From an uncultured delta proteobacterium (GTDB lineage Bacteria > Myxococcota_A > Polyangia > Haliangiales > Haliangiaceae), in contig CAWKDB010000010.1 of assembly GCA_963848295.1 (NCBI GenBank), positions 1 to 64,000 on the forward strand: DNA of 64,000 nucleotides. The letters are read 5' to 3'. Below the pieces are notes generated by a model. That model saw only the letters and a list, made by a program, of their open reading frames with translations. It did not search any database and was not told where the DNA came from. Below are positions 29,549 through 41,100 of the stretch, one piece after another; position 1 is the stretch's first letter; each line of letters opens with the position of its first letter. A program made the translations under genes and the position numbers.

Positions 29549-31170
29549 CGACGCTACACTACTTCGATCCGCAGCCGGCTCCGTCCGAGCTCCCCGCGCG
29601 CCTGCCCAGTCCGTTCGCGCACGCACCGCCGCATCCGCTCGCGCGCCGCGCGGCCGATCAGCTGCTCGAGTCGGTGCGCCGCGATCACGCGGCCGGCCTC
29701 GACGCGCCGGGGGGCGGCAAGATGTTCGGCGTCCTCGTCGTGGTCGCGCCGGACCGACGCGTCGGTTACCTGCGAGCGTTCTCCGGCATGCTCGGCGGCC
29801 GGTGGGAGGTCGACGGCTTCGTGCCACCGCTGTTCGATCCCGTCGCGCGCGACACCTGGTGGCCGGCGGGCGAGGACGAGCTCGACGCGATCGCCGAGCT
29901 CCATCACGAGCTCGTCGAGGGCCCGGCCGCGGTCGAGCTGCGCGCACAGCTCGCGACGATCGCCGCGCGCCATCGCGCCGCGGTCGCCGAGCTCGCCGCA
30001 CGGCACCGAGCGAGCCGCGCCGATCGGCACGAGCGACGGCGCGACCTCGGGGCGTCGAGCCACGACCTCGATCAGCAGAGCCGCGCCGATGCCGCCGCGC
30101 GCCGCCAGCTCCGGGCCGCCCATGCGGCCGAGCTCGAGCACCCCGCCGCCCGGCAGCGCGAGCTCGACGAGCGACGGCGCGAGCTCGAGCGTGCTCGCGC
30201 CGACCGGTCGCGCCAGCTGTGGTCCGCGATCCACGACGGCTACGTGATCGCGAACGCGCGCGGCGAGCGGCGCCGGCTCGGCGAGCTGTTCGCGCCGAAC
30301 GAGCCGCCGGGCGGTGCGGGCGATTGCGCCGCGCCGAAGCTGCTCGGTCACGCCTATCGCGAGCAGCTGCGCCCGCTCGCGCTCGCCGAGCTGTGGTGGG
30401 GCGCGCCACCCGCCGCGGGCGGCCGCCATGCGGGCGTGTATTACCCGTCGTGCCGGCGGCTGTGCGGCGTGATCTTGCCGCACATGCTCGACGGGCTCGC
30501 GGTCGAGCCCGCGCCCGAGCTCGGCGCCGCGCCGATCGCTCCCGACGAGCCGCGCGCGGTGTTCGAGGCTTGCGGCATCGTCGTCGTCGACAAGCCGTGC
30601 GGCCTGCTATCCGTCCCCGGGCGGAGCGGCGCGCTGCGCGACTCGGTGCTCGTCCGGTTGCGCGAGCGCTATCCCGACGCCACCGGCCCGATGCTCGTCC
30701 ATCGCCTCGACCTCGATACCTCGGGCCTGCTGCTCGCGACCACGCGGCCGGAGCTCCACGCCGCGTTGCAACGGCTGTTCGCGCGCCGCGAGATCGACAA
30801 GCGCTACGTCGCGTGGCTCGATGGCGAAGTCCCTCGTGACCACGGCGTGATCGAGCTACCCCTGCGCGTCGATCTCGACGACCGGCCGCGCCAGATCGTC
30901 GATCCGATCCACGGCAAGCGCGCGATCACGGAGTGGCGCGTGGTCGAGCGCGATGCTCGGCGGACGAAGGTCATCTTCACGCCACGCACCGGCCGCACTC
31001 ACCAGCTCAGGGTCCACGCCTCGCACCCGGACGGCCTCGCCGCGCCGATCGTCGGAGATCGGCTCTACGGCCGCGCCGGCGCACGCCTGATGCTCCACGC
31101 GCTCTCGCTCGGGTTCGATCACCCCGCGACCGGCGAGCGGATCGAAGTGTCCTGCCCGGCCCCGTTCTGA
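29545..31170 (+). CDS. Long-form RluA family pseudouridine synthase
   Basis: VDKPCGLLSVPG, HRLDLDTSG, KRYVA, TGRTHQLRVH and PIVGDRLY; N-terminal GKMFGVLV / CAAPKLL extension. Confidence 0.9.
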   Translation: MTTLHYFDPQPAPSELPARLPSPFAHAPPHPLARRAADQLLESVRRDHAAGLDAPGGGKMFGVLVVVAPDRRVGYLRAFSGMLGGRWEVDGFVPPLFDPVARDTWWPAGEDELDAIAELHHELVEGPAAVELRAQLATIAARHRAAVAELAARHRASRADRHERRRDLGASSHDLDQQSRADAAARRQLRAAHAAELEHPAARQRELDERRRELERARADRSRQLWSAIHDGYVIANARGERRRLGELFAPNEPPGGAGDCAAPKLLGHAYREQLRPLALAELWWGAPPAAGGRHAGVYYPSCRRLCGVILPHMLDGLAVEPAPELGAAPIAPDEPRAVFEACGIVVVDKPCGLLSVPGRSGALRDSVLVRLRERYPDATGPMLVHRLDLDTSGLLLATTRPELHAALQRLFARREIDKRYVAWLDGEVPRDHGVIELPLRVDLDDRPRQIVDPIHGKRAITEWRVVERDARRTKVIFTPRTGRTHQLRVHASHPDGLAAPIVGDRLYGRAGARLMLHALSLGFDHPATGERIEVSCPAPF

Positions 31171-31171
31171 A

Positions 31172-32285
31172 TCACTCGGTCGTGTCGATGTACAAGTCCG
31201 GGCCGGTGCCGCCGATCTCGGTCCACACGAGCACCGGCTGATCGAGACGGTCGAGCACCGACCACGGTCCCGGTGCGCCGCCGGAGCTCGCGATCGCGTG
31301 CGGCGTCAGCGTGCCGTCGGGGTCGACGTGGGCGCTGTCCAGGAAGCTCGGCGTGGTCGAGGTGTCGTCCCAGACCAGCCAGAACCCCGTGCCGTCGGCC
31401 GTGATCTCCGGATCGACGCTGTAGCGCGCGATCAAGGTCGGCTGGGTCACCGGCTCGAGCGCGGGGCCGAGGATCTGAGCCCACACGTCGTCGGACGCCG
31501 TGACATCCTTCTCCGACCAAGCGACGAGGTACGTCGCCGAGGCCTCGCACCACGCGACGCGCACGTGGAACGCGTCTTCCGGCGTGATGTTCGAGGTGAC
31601 CGGCCCGGCGATCACGCCGAGGTTCGCGTCGAGCAGCTCGATCCGCGCGGCCTTCGGGCTGCCCGCGGTGGCGGTGTAGCTGACCGCGAACCCGGCGTCC
31701 GCCGGCACGATCGAGACCTCCTCGGGCAGCTCCGCACCGCCGACGATCTCGGATCGGCGCACCGGTATCGACGCCGAGCCCCGACACGAAGTGCGCGTCG
31801 ACCTCGAGCGTGGCGGGCACGACGGACGCGAACGCGAAGCCGTCGCCGACGCTCGCGATCGGATTCGTGACGGCGAGCTCGCCGGCTCGTGACATCCCGT
31901 CCGCGGTCGCGGCGAGCTCTCCCCCGCGCGGGTAGAGCGAGGTCCCGGTCGCGGGCGAGCCGTCCAGCGCGGCCACCATGACGTCGGCCCCATTCGAGGC
32001 GGCGCCGATCGACCCGGTCAGGCTCGTCGCGAGCGCCGCGTTCTGGGTCGACCCGACCAGCCGAGATTGGTCGAAGTCGAACGTGGATCCGGTGACCGCA
32101 CCACCCGCCCGCGCGGTCACGATCGCGAACCCGGTCGGCGTCGCGACCGCGACCAGCGCGGTCACGTCCGACGCATCGATCTGGAACCGCGTCGCTGCGC
32201 TGGTCGACAGCGCCTCGGTGGCGAAGTCCAGTCGTCCACACGCGACGATCAGCGGCAGCACCGCGATGACACCCGTTCTGCCCAC
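31172..32285 (-). CDS. Hypothetical lipoprotein (frameshift near 31751)
   Basis: IVAC-GRLDF lipobox in ORF 31119..32351 joins the EIVGGAELPEE frame of ORF 31172..31993 if one base is removed. Confidence 0.6.
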
Positions 32286-32357
32286 GGTCGCAATTATCGC
32301 CCGGGTGCGGGCCGATGTCGACGATCGCCTGGCCGGCGTGGTATCCGACACGTCGGT

Positions 32358-34154
32358 CTACGGCAGCGTCGCGATGTACAGCCCGTTGCCGGTCGTCCCG
32401 ACCAGCAGGCGGCCGGCGCTATCGACCGCGAGCGCGGACGGGTACTTGCCCTCGAGGCCGGGGACGAACGTCCACGACTGCCCATCGTTCGACGCGAACA
32501 CGCCGAGGTTCGTCGCGGCGATCACCTGCCCCTGCACCACGAGCAGGTCGGCGACCGCGGCGGGTCCGAGGCCGCTGGGATTCCACGGACCGGTAGGTGC
32601 GCTCGCGCGGAACATCCCCTGGTCGGTACCGGCGAGCAGCGTACCGTCCGGGAGGATCGCGACGCACAAGACCCTCGCGTCGAGTCCGGTGTCCGCGGGA
32701 ACGAAGGTCGTGCCGCCGTCGCTGGTGTAGAACATCCCGCTGTCCGTGATCGCGAGCAGCTGCATGGCGTTCGCGTCGACCGCCACGACGTCGTCGACGT
32801 AGCGCATCTGACCCGCGACATCGTAGTGGGTGAACACCGTCCGGCTCGCGTCGGAGGTGACGATGCCGCCTTGCGTCGCCGCGATCAACGCGCCGCCGAC
32901 GACGTGCACCTTGTTGCCGTGGTAGTTGTCCGCGACGCCAGCCAGGTAGAGCGTCGTGAACGTGGCGCCACCATCGACGCTCTGATCGAGGCCGGCGTTG
33001 TCGGCGAACACGAGCGTGTCAGGCGCGCCGGGCAGCTGGACGCCGCCGCCCGTGAACGAGTCCGATCGCATGCCTTGCGTCTCGTCGGTCCAGCTCGCGC
33101 CTGCATCATTCGACCGGAGGACACCCGACGGGGTCGCGAGGTACAAGGCGCCGTCGTCGCCGACGGTGATGTTGTTGATCGTCCAGCCGTCGATGCCGGC
33201 GTCGATCTCGGTCCACGCGAGATCGTGATCGCTGGCGGAGAACACCCCGCGATTCGTCGCGGCGAACAGCTGCGAGCTCGGGCCGAACACCAGCCGGGTC
33301 ACCGCTGCCAGGCTCATCCCCGGGCTGCGCCCGTCGGTCCCGTTGAACGAGCTCCCACCATCGACACTCTCGTACAGCCCGCTCCACGCGCTCTGGAGCA
33401 CGAAGTCGGGGCTGGCCGGATCGATCGCGGTCGTCCAGCCGGGAGAGCCGGTGGCGCTCCAGCTCGCCGCACCGTCACTCGAGTAATAGAGCTCGTTCGA
33501 CACTTGCGCGAAGACGTGGAGCGGGCGCACCGGGTCGAGCGCGACATATGCCGCGTCGACGCCGCCGAATCCGCTGTTCACGAGGTTCCAGCTCGCGCCG
33601 CCGTCGGGCGAGCTCGCGACGCCGTTATCGCTCGCGATGAAGATCCGCGAGCCGCTCGGGTCGACCTCGAGATCGTAGATCGAGTGACCGTCCATCGGCG
33701 TGGCGATGGGGCTCCAAGTCGTTCCACTGTCTTGCCACAGGCCGTCCCACGAGCCCTCGAGGACTCGTGACCCGGCGAGCGCGATGCTCGGCCCGCCTGG
33801 CGCGTCGAGCGACTGCCACGTCGCGCATCCGTCCTGGCTCGCGTAGACCCCCGCGTTCCCGCCGAAGTACACCACGCCGCTCGGATCGACGACGAGGACG
33901 CTCACATCGTGGCCTTGCACCGGTCCACACGCGATCCACGACGCGCCGCTCGAGGTCGATGTCACGACCCGAACGCTGTCGATCGCGACGTACAGCGTCC
34001 CGTCGGGCGCTCGCGCGATCGCAGTCGCCCGTCCGCCCGGAGGCAGCGCGACCTGAGTGAACGCGTTCGGCGGCACCACCGAGGCATCCGGCCCGGCGGG
34101 CGCCCCACCACAGCCGGTGCCCAGCACGCATCCGATCGCGAGGCAGAGTCGCAC
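32358..34154 (-). CDS. BNR/Asp-box beta-propeller lipoprotein
   Basis: GTGC lipobox; repeated SxDGGxS/TW motifs; GTTGNGLY end. Confidence 0.8.
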   Translation of the reverse strand: MRLCLAIGCVLGTGCGGAPAGPDASVVPPNAFTQVALPPGGRATAIARAPDGTLYVAIDSVRVVTSTSSGASWIACGPVQGHDVSVLVVDPSGVVYFGGNAGVYASQDGCATWQSLDAPGGPSIALAGSRVLEGSWDGLWQDSGTTWSPIATPMDGHSIYDLEVDPSGSRIFIASDNGVASSPDGGASWNLVNSGFGGVDAAYVALDPVRPLHVFAQVSNELYYSSDGAASWSATGSPGWTTAIDPASPDFVLQSAWSGLYESVDGGSSFNGTDGRSPGMSLAAVTRLVFGPSSQLFAATNRGVFSASDHDLAWTEIDAGIDGWTINNITVGDDGALYLATPSGVLRSNDAGASWTDETQGMRSDSFTGGGVQLPGAPDTLVFADNAGLDQSVDGGATFTTLYLAGVADNYHGNKVHVVGGALIAATQGGIVTSDASRTVFTHYDVAGQMRYVDDVVAVDANAMQLLAITDSGMFYTSDGGTTFVPADTGLDARVLCVAILPDGTLLAGTDQGMFRASAPTGPWNPSGLGPAAVADLLVVQGQVIAATNLGVFASNDGQSWTFVPGLEGKYPSALAVDSAGRLLVGTTGNGLYIATLP

Positions 34155-34252
34155 GACACCACTATACACCCCGCGTCCGGCGACCGCGCGTTCTCGAGCG
34201 GAGGCGCCAACCTATGCTGCGCCGAGCCGTTCTCGGCTAGGCTGCCCGCACC

Positions 34253-34865
34253 ATGAAGCTCTATTACAACCCGTTGTCCCCCAACGTCCGCCGCGTCCGC
34301 CTCACCGCGGCCGTGCTCGGGCTCAAGCTCGACGAGCACATCGTCGACTTCGCGAAGGGCGAGCACAAGAGCCCCGCCTACCTCGCGATCAACCCGAACG
34401 GCGCCGTTCCGACGCTCGTCGACGGCGACTTCGCGCTGACCGAGTCGCGCGCGATCATGCAGTACCTCGCGGTGCAGAAGCCCGAGTCCGGCTTGCTGCC
34501 GCGCGACGAGAAGGCGCGCATCGACGTCACGCGCTGGCAGTTCTGGGACGCCGCGCACTGGTCGCCGTGTCTCGCCGCGATCGCGTTCGAGCGGATCATG
34601 AAGGGCATGATGAACCTCGGCGCGCCCGACGCGGCGAAGATCGAAGACAACCTCAAGAGCTTCCGCCGCTGGGGCGCGGTGCTGAACGCGCGCCTCGACG
34701 GCAAGCAGTACGTCGTCGGCAACGCGTTGACGGTCGCCGACCTCACGCTCGCCTCTTCGCTGATGTACGCGAAGCAAGCGGAGATTCCGCTCGCCGAGTT
34801 TCCGAACGTCGAAGCGTGGTTCGGCGCGGATCACCGCGCTCGATGGTTGGAAGGCGACGACCTAG
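34253..34865 (+). CDS. Glutathione S-transferase (extra base near 34823)
   Basis: SPN, INPNGAVPTL, ESRAI and TVAD. Removing one G restores the typical end WFARITALDGWKATT*. Confidence 0.9.
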
Positions 34866-34886
34866 CGCCTTGGGAAGCGGGGCGGC

Positions 34887-37037
34887 GTGACGGATAGCGG
34901 AGCTCGTTCACGGTGGTCGCGCGAGCCCGCGCGGCCGTGGCACGTCTACGCGGTCGCCGCCGCGCTCGCTCTCGCGCTCTACATCGTCGTCTACGGCCCC
35001 GGCCACCTGCTCGGAACGAACGCGTACTGGACGCTCCCGGTCCTCGACGAGCGGATGGCGCTGATCGGGTACCGCTACTTTCTCCACGAGCCGTGGCACT
35101 GGCCGGTATTCGTCAGCCACGCGATCAACGTCCCGTATCCGACCAGCGTCGCGTTCTCGGACTGCATTCCGCTGTGGGCGCTGGTCAACAAGACGATCGC
35201 GACCGTGATCCCGCCGTGGCAGTCGTTCAGCTCGCACGCGTATCTCGGGCTGTGGCACGGCCTGACGTACGCATTGCAGCCCTGCTTCGGCGTCGCGATC
35301 TTGCGCCGGCTCGGCCATCGCGGCTGGTCCGCGAGCGTGCTGTCGGCGCTGTTCTTCCTCGCGGTGCCGGCGTGGATCGCGAGGTACGGCCATCCCGGTC
35401 TATCGGCGCACTGGATCGAGCTGTGGGCCATCTACCTCTATCTCGCCACGCCGGCTGGTGGACCGTGGCACCGACGGTTGACGGTCGCCTGGATCGCGCT
35501 GCTCGCGATCGCATCACTCGTCACGCCGTATCACGCGGCGATGGCGCTCGGCGTGTTCATCGCGTCGCTCGTGCGTTCGCGGCAAGCGCGCGCCGCTGCG
35601 ACGTTGTTGCCGTTGGGACTCGCATCGATCGCGATCGCGCTGTGGTTCGCGGGGTACTTCGCTCAGCAGATCGCAACCGCGCAATGGGGCTTCTCGCGCG
35701 AGAGCACGAACGTGTTGTCGTGGCTGATCCCGATTCGCAGCGGAATCCTCGGCGACGCTCGCTGGATCGCAAACGTCGACGCGACCGGTTACGAGTACGA
35801 AGGTGCGGCCTACCTCGGCCTCGGCGGTCTCGCGCTGCTCGCGTTACTCCTGCCGCAAGTCAGGACGCTGCCCGCGGTCGCTCGACGCCATATCGCGCTG
35901 TTTACATTCGCGCTCGCGTGTTGGCTGTTCGCGATGTCCAACCACGTCTATTTCGGATCACACGAGCTCGTGACGTTCCCGATCCCCAAGCTCCTCAGGT
36001 GGCTCACGCTCCAGTTTCGCGCGCCCGGCCGGTTCGTGTGGATTCCGATGTACGTGCTGCTCGCGTACGTTCTGCACCGTTCGCTCACGAGGTTCGCCGT
36101 CGGCTGGCAGCGAGCGATTCCGGTGATCGCGGTCGCGATCCAGCTGCTCGATGCGAGCGGCGAGTGGAAGGCGCAGCGGGCGGAGACCGATGGCGCGCGC
36201 GCGGTCATCCTCGCCAGCGACCGCTGGCGACCGTTGGTCGACGCGCACGACGCGGTGGCGATCTACCCGTCGTACTTCTGCGTGCTCGATAGCGGCTACA
36301 CGAGCGGCCCGCACATCTTGTCGAGCGAGATCCAGCTGCTCGCGTCCGAGCGCGGCACCCCGATCAACGGCACGTACAACACGCGCCCGATCCGCGACTG
36401 CGCGGCCGAGCTCCGGCAATGGCCCAGGCTCGAGCCGCGCCCCGGCACGCTCTACGTGTTGCTCACCGAGGCCACCGCGATCGCGGATCGCTTTGCCGCC
36501 GGGGGTGCACACTGCGCGGCGTTCGACGCCGGACGCGTGTGCTCCAGCGACGCCGCCGCCCTCGCCGACGCGATCCGCGCGGGGATCTTGCGCCCGCCAC
36601 CGGCGCCGATCCGCATGCGCTACGGCGAGCCGCTCGTGCTCGCCGCGCTGCCCGATCCGGCACCGGGCTGGTCCGCGCCAGAGGCGGGCGGTCGGTGGAG
36701 CATCGACGCGATGCCGAGCCTCCTGGTCCAGCTCGAAGGCGACGCGCCGGCGACCGTCGGGCTGCGCATCGCCGCCGCCGCGCGGCTGTGCGGCACGCGT
36801 ACGAGCGAGGACGTCGATGTCCTGATCGACGGCGTCGCGCTGACCACGCTGCACTTCACGCCCGACGCGAACGATGTGGCGACGACGCGCACCATCGCGA
36901 TTCCCGATGCGGGTCGCTTGCGCAACGCCGTCGCGCTCGAGCTCGTCCCGCACGACATTCGATCGCCGGCCGCGCTCAAGTGCAGCGCCGACGCGCGTAG
37001 ACTCGGGGTGTTCGTCGCGAGCATCTCGTTCGAATAG
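34887..37037 (+). CDS. DUF6311-like polytopic membrane protein (GT-C-like)
   Basis: Many TM segments; W.WP, FSDCIP, HPGLSAHW, YEGAAYLGLG, FRAPGRFVW and a periplasmic C-terminal domain. Confidence 0.7.
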   Translation: MTDSGARSRWSREPARPWHVYAVAAALALALYIVVYGPGHLLGTNAYWTLPVLDERMALIGYRYFLHEPWHWPVFVSHAINVPYPTSVAFSDCIPLWALVNKTIATVIPPWQSFSSHAYLGLWHGLTYALQPCFGVAILRRLGHRGWSASVLSALFFLAVPAWIARYGHPGLSAHWIELWAIYLYLATPAGGPWHRRLTVAWIALLAIASLVTPYHAAMALGVFIASLVRSRQARAAATLLPLGLASIAIALWFAGYFAQQIATAQWGFSRESTNVLSWLIPIRSGILGDARWIANVDATGYEYEGAAYLGLGGLALLALLLPQVRTLPAVARRHIALFTFALACWLFAMSNHVYFGSHELVTFPIPKLLRWLTLQFRAPGRFVWIPMYVLLAYVLHRSLTRFAVGWQRAIPVIAVAIQLLDASGEWKAQRAETDGARAVILASDRWRPLVDAHDAVAIYPSYFCVLDSGYTSGPHILSSEIQLLASERGTPINGTYNTRPIRDCAAELRQWPRLEPRPGTLYVLLTEATAIADRFAAGGAHCAAFDAGRVCSSDAAALADAIRAGILRPPPAPIRMRYGEPLVLAALPDPAPGWSAPEAGGRWSIDAMPSLLVQLEGDAPATVGLRIAAAARLCGTRTSEDVDVLIDGVALTTLHFTPDANDVATTRTIAIPDAGRLRNAVALELVPHDIRSPAALKCSADARRLGVFVASISFE

Positions 37038-37087
37038 ATCGGTCGATCACGGACGGTGTGGCAGACCAGACCGCGATCGACGTCGGT

Positions 37088-37933
37088 CTATTTGTTCGTG
37101 CCGCCCGGCGCTGGAGCGAGCAACAGGTCGGAAGCATCGCCATCGACCGTCCCGGCGCCCGAGACCGCAAAGTCTCCGGCGTACTGCCACGCGCGATCGT
37201 GCGCGGTGTAGCGCGTGCCGAGCTGAGTGAGATCGTCCGGCGCGGTCGTGTGGAAGCTCGTGTAGAACCAGCTCGCCGGCCACGCGCCGTCGAACACGAT
37301 GCCAGCGTCGTAGAGCGCGTTGATCGCGGTCGGGTTCGAGTAGAGGTATGCGAGGTAGCCCGCAGAGCGAACGGCGTCTCGCCACGCCCCGGCATACGCC
37401 TTCGCGCCGGACTCGCTGTACGTGTAGGAGCCGGCCTCGAGATCGAGCACCACCGGAATATCGAGGTTCGGCGCCCAATCGTACGTCGCCATCATGGTGG
37501 CGGTCGCCTCGCCGTCGGCTTTGCCTTGCGCCGCCGTCAGCGCGCTGTGACCGCAGATGGTCGGTGCCTGCTGGCCGACCCAGATCGGCATGAAGGTCCA
37601 GTCGTCATCGGTGGCCAGGGTCGTGAGCAAGCTCTTGGTCCAACCCGAACCGGCGCTGCACGCGCCGCCGATGTAGACACCGGTCCACCGCACGCCGTCG
37701 TTGGTCTCGAGGCTGTGGGCTTCGGCAGCGCTGAACGCCGAAGCGCGATCGGCGCCCTGCAGCACCTCGATCACGGGGGGCGACCCGTCGACCGCTCCAT
37801 CGCCGGGGCCGGCCTCGCCGGTCGCGTCGCCGCTCGCGTCGGAGCTTGCTAGCGCGTCCGCATTCGTCCCACTGTTCGGCGAGCCGCAGCCGAGCCCGAC
37901 GAGCAGCGAGAGCGCACCGAGGGGGATCCGCAC
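37088..37933 (-). CDS. DUF1906 / Rv2525c-like glycoside hydrolase lipoprotein
   Basis: GLGC lipobox; GVYIGG, PIWVGQQAP, LDLE and WQY. Confidence 0.8.
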   Translation of the reverse strand: MRIPLGALSLLVGLGCGSPNSGTNADALASSDASGDATGEAGPGDGAVDGSPPVIEVLQGADRASAFSAAEAHSLETNDGVRWTGVYIGGACSAGSGWTKSLLTTLATDDDWTFMPIWVGQQAPTICGHSALTAAQGKADGEATATMMATYDWAPNLDIPVVLDLEAGSYTYSESGAKAYAGAWRDAVRSAGYLAYLYSNPTAINALYDAGIVFDGAWPASWFYTSFHTTAPDDLTQLGTRYTAHDRAWQYAGDFAVSGAGTVDGDASDLLLAPAPGGTNK

Positions 37934-38180
37934 CGCTTGGATGCTAGCGGGCCGCAAGGGGGCGCCGGACGAACGACTGCTGACAGGCTTGCGCGGTCGA
38001 GGCGGCACGTCACGAGTCGATCGCGAACGCCGCACCGAAGGAGAGTGGCGATTGTGCACGACCGCGCACAACGAGGCGTCGGGACCTCGAACGCGCGGAA
38101 AGATCGGCCGCGATGAACTTCTCTGTTTACGGCGGCCGGGACACGGCTACTCTCCGACGCGACCATTCTCTGGAGGATGT

Positions 38181-41100
38181 ATGGACTCCACCGCGCCGGA
38201 TCGCGACGACGACACGCTCGAGCGGACCGATGAGCTCCTCAGGATAGCCGCGCAAACCCGCTCGCCCCGGATCGCGACCGGCACCGTCGCGCCACCGATC
38301 CCCGACGACGAGCTGCTCGAGAGCCTCGACGACGAGCTCGAGACGCTGCGCGCGCTGGCGAGCGAGCATCGCGAGGCCCGCGCATGGGACGAGCTCGCCA
38401 AGACGCTGCGCCGGATCATCGACGCCGGCCAGCTCCAAGATCTCATCGGCGAGCAAGAGGAGCTCGAGCTCTACGCCGAGCTCGGCCAGCTCGAAGCGAG
38501 CGTGCTCGGGGATGTCGAGGCCGCGATCGACGCGTGGCGCAAGGTCACCGCGATCGACCCGTCCGACCTTCGCGCGCTCGCCGCGCTCGAGGATCTGCTG
38601 TCGCGCGACGGCCGGTGGCGCGAATCGGTCGAGGTGATCGAGCGACGCGCGCTCGTGGTCGACGACGAGGCCGTGCAGCGCGAGGCGCTGCTCGAAGCCG
38701 CCGCGATCTGGGAAGATCGGCTCGCCGACTCGAGCCGCGCGGCCGAGCTCTACGCGCGCGTGCGCGGCCTCGATCCGACCGATCGAGTCGCCGCCGAGCG
38801 TCTCGCCGCGATCTACGCGCAGGAGCGCCGGTGGGCCGAGCTCGTCGAGATCCTGCTCGAGCAATCGGAGTCGCTCGGCGACGCCGAGCCGCAGATCCAG
38901 CTCTTGCTCCGGGTCGCGGGCATCTACGAGCGCGAGCTCGACGATCAGGACAGCGCGTTCTACGTGGTCCAGGCGGCATTCAACCGCGGCTACGCGCACG
39001 AGCGCGCCGGCGCGGAGCTCGAGCGCCTCGCGACCGCCACCGGACACTGGCAGGACGTCCTCGACGAGTACAGCGGGCGCGTCGCCGAGCTCGAGCGCGA
39101 GGATCGCCGAGCCGCTGCCGATCTATGGGCGAGGATGGGCCGCTGGTACTGCGAGCACCTGTCGCAGCTCGACTACGCGGCGCACTCGATCCAGCAGGCG
39201 CTGCGCATCGATCCGACGCACGCGGGCGCGCTCGCCGCGAACGCCAACGTGCAGCGCATGCGAGGCAGCTCGAGCGAGCAGACCCAGGACGTCCGCGGCG
39301 CGATCGACGCCTACGAGCAGGCGCTCGCGCACGATCCGACGTCCGCCACGTCGCTCGAGGCGCTCGATCGCCTGTACCGCCGCGCCGAGGCGTGGCAACC
39401 GCTCGTCGAGATCCTGACCAGGCGCGCGAAGCTCGCGACCGATGACGCCGATGCGACCGGGTTCTGGCTCGAGATCGGCTCGACCCACGAGCTCCACCTC
39501 GCGGACCCGGGCCAGGCGATCACGGCGTACCAGAACGTGCTCGCGCTCGAGCCGTCGAACGGCGTCGCGATGCGCGCGCTCGAGACGCTGTACGAGAAGA
39601 CCGAGCAGAACGACCAATACCTCGCCATCCTCGACACCCGGCTCGCCGCCGCGACCGCGGACAGCGAGCGCATCGCGATCTACGAGCGCATCGCCACGGC
39701 ATGGGAGGAGCGCTTCGGCAAGCTCGATCGCGCCGCGCAGGCGTACGAACGCATCCTCGCGATCGATCCGCGCAACACCGCAGCGCACCACCTGCTCGCG
39801 CGCATGCACCAGCAGGCCGGCCGCTACGACTTGCTGGTCGTGGCCTACCGCAACCACGTGGCCGTGACGGCCGATGTCGAGGCGCGCATCGAGTTGATCC
39901 TCGCGATGGCGCAGATTCACGACGGCCGGCTGCACGACCTCGCCGGTGCGATCCACGCCTACGAAGATGTGCTCGCGCTCGACGCAGATCACGCGATAGC
40001 GCTCGACGCGCTCGGCCGGCTGTACGAGAAGACCGCAGATTGGCAACGCGCGGTCGCGGCGCTGGCGCGGCTTGCCGAGTTGACCGACCAGGCGCGCAAG
40101 CCGGGTCTCTACTGGCGCGTCGCCCGCATTCAGTACAGCGAGATCGGCGACAACGACCAGGCGGAAGCCCATCTGCTCCGCGCCCTCGCCGTCGATCCCG
40201 GGCACGTCCCCGCGCTCGAGCTGCTCACCGAGCACTACGCCGATCGCGGCGACTGGCAGAAGGCCGCGCAGACGATGGAGCGCGCCGCGAGCCACAGCGC
40301 GCTCGCGATCGACACGGTTCGCTTGCTGAACGACGCCGCGGGCATCTACCAGCACAAGCTGCATCAAGACCCGCAGGCGACGCGACTGTACGCGGCGGTG
40401 ATCGCGCTCGATCCCGAGCACGTCGCGGCCGGTCGAGCGCTCGCCGGGCTGTACTTCGCCGCCGGCGAGTGGGCTGCGCTGTTCCCGGTGATCGAGATGC
40501 TCTGCCGCAAGCTCGGGCAGCAGCGCGGCGAGGCGAGCGAGCTCCACGAGCTGTACTTCCGCGCGGCGCGCTGCGCCGAGGAGCTGGGCAAGGACGACAA
40601 GGCGCTCGCTTACTACACGGCGGCGTACGAGCTCGACGCCGCCCACGTGCCGACGCTGATGGGCCGCGCCGATCTCTCGTTCAAGATGCAGGACTGGGCG
40701 AGCGCCCGGTCGCTCTATCAGAACATCCTGGCCCGGCGCCGGGGCAGCCGCGACGTTGCCGACCTCGTCATCTACTACCGGCTCGGCATGGCGCGCAACG
40801 CGCTCGGCGAGCGCAACCCGGCACTCGCGATGTTCGACAAGGCGCTCGACATCGATCCGGACCATAAGGAGACGTTGCTCGCGGTGGTCGATCTGCAGGG
40901 CAAGCGCGGCGATTGGGACGCGGTCGTGCGCGCCAAGCGCGGCCTGCTCGCGAGCGCGACCGGGCGCGACAAGACCGTGCTGCTCGACGACATCGCGGCG
41001 ATCTACAACGACCAGCTGCGCAACGCGCCGAAGGCGACCGCCGCTTATCTCGAGGCGCTCGATAACGCGCCCGACGATCGCCAGCTGCTGCAGAAGGTGC

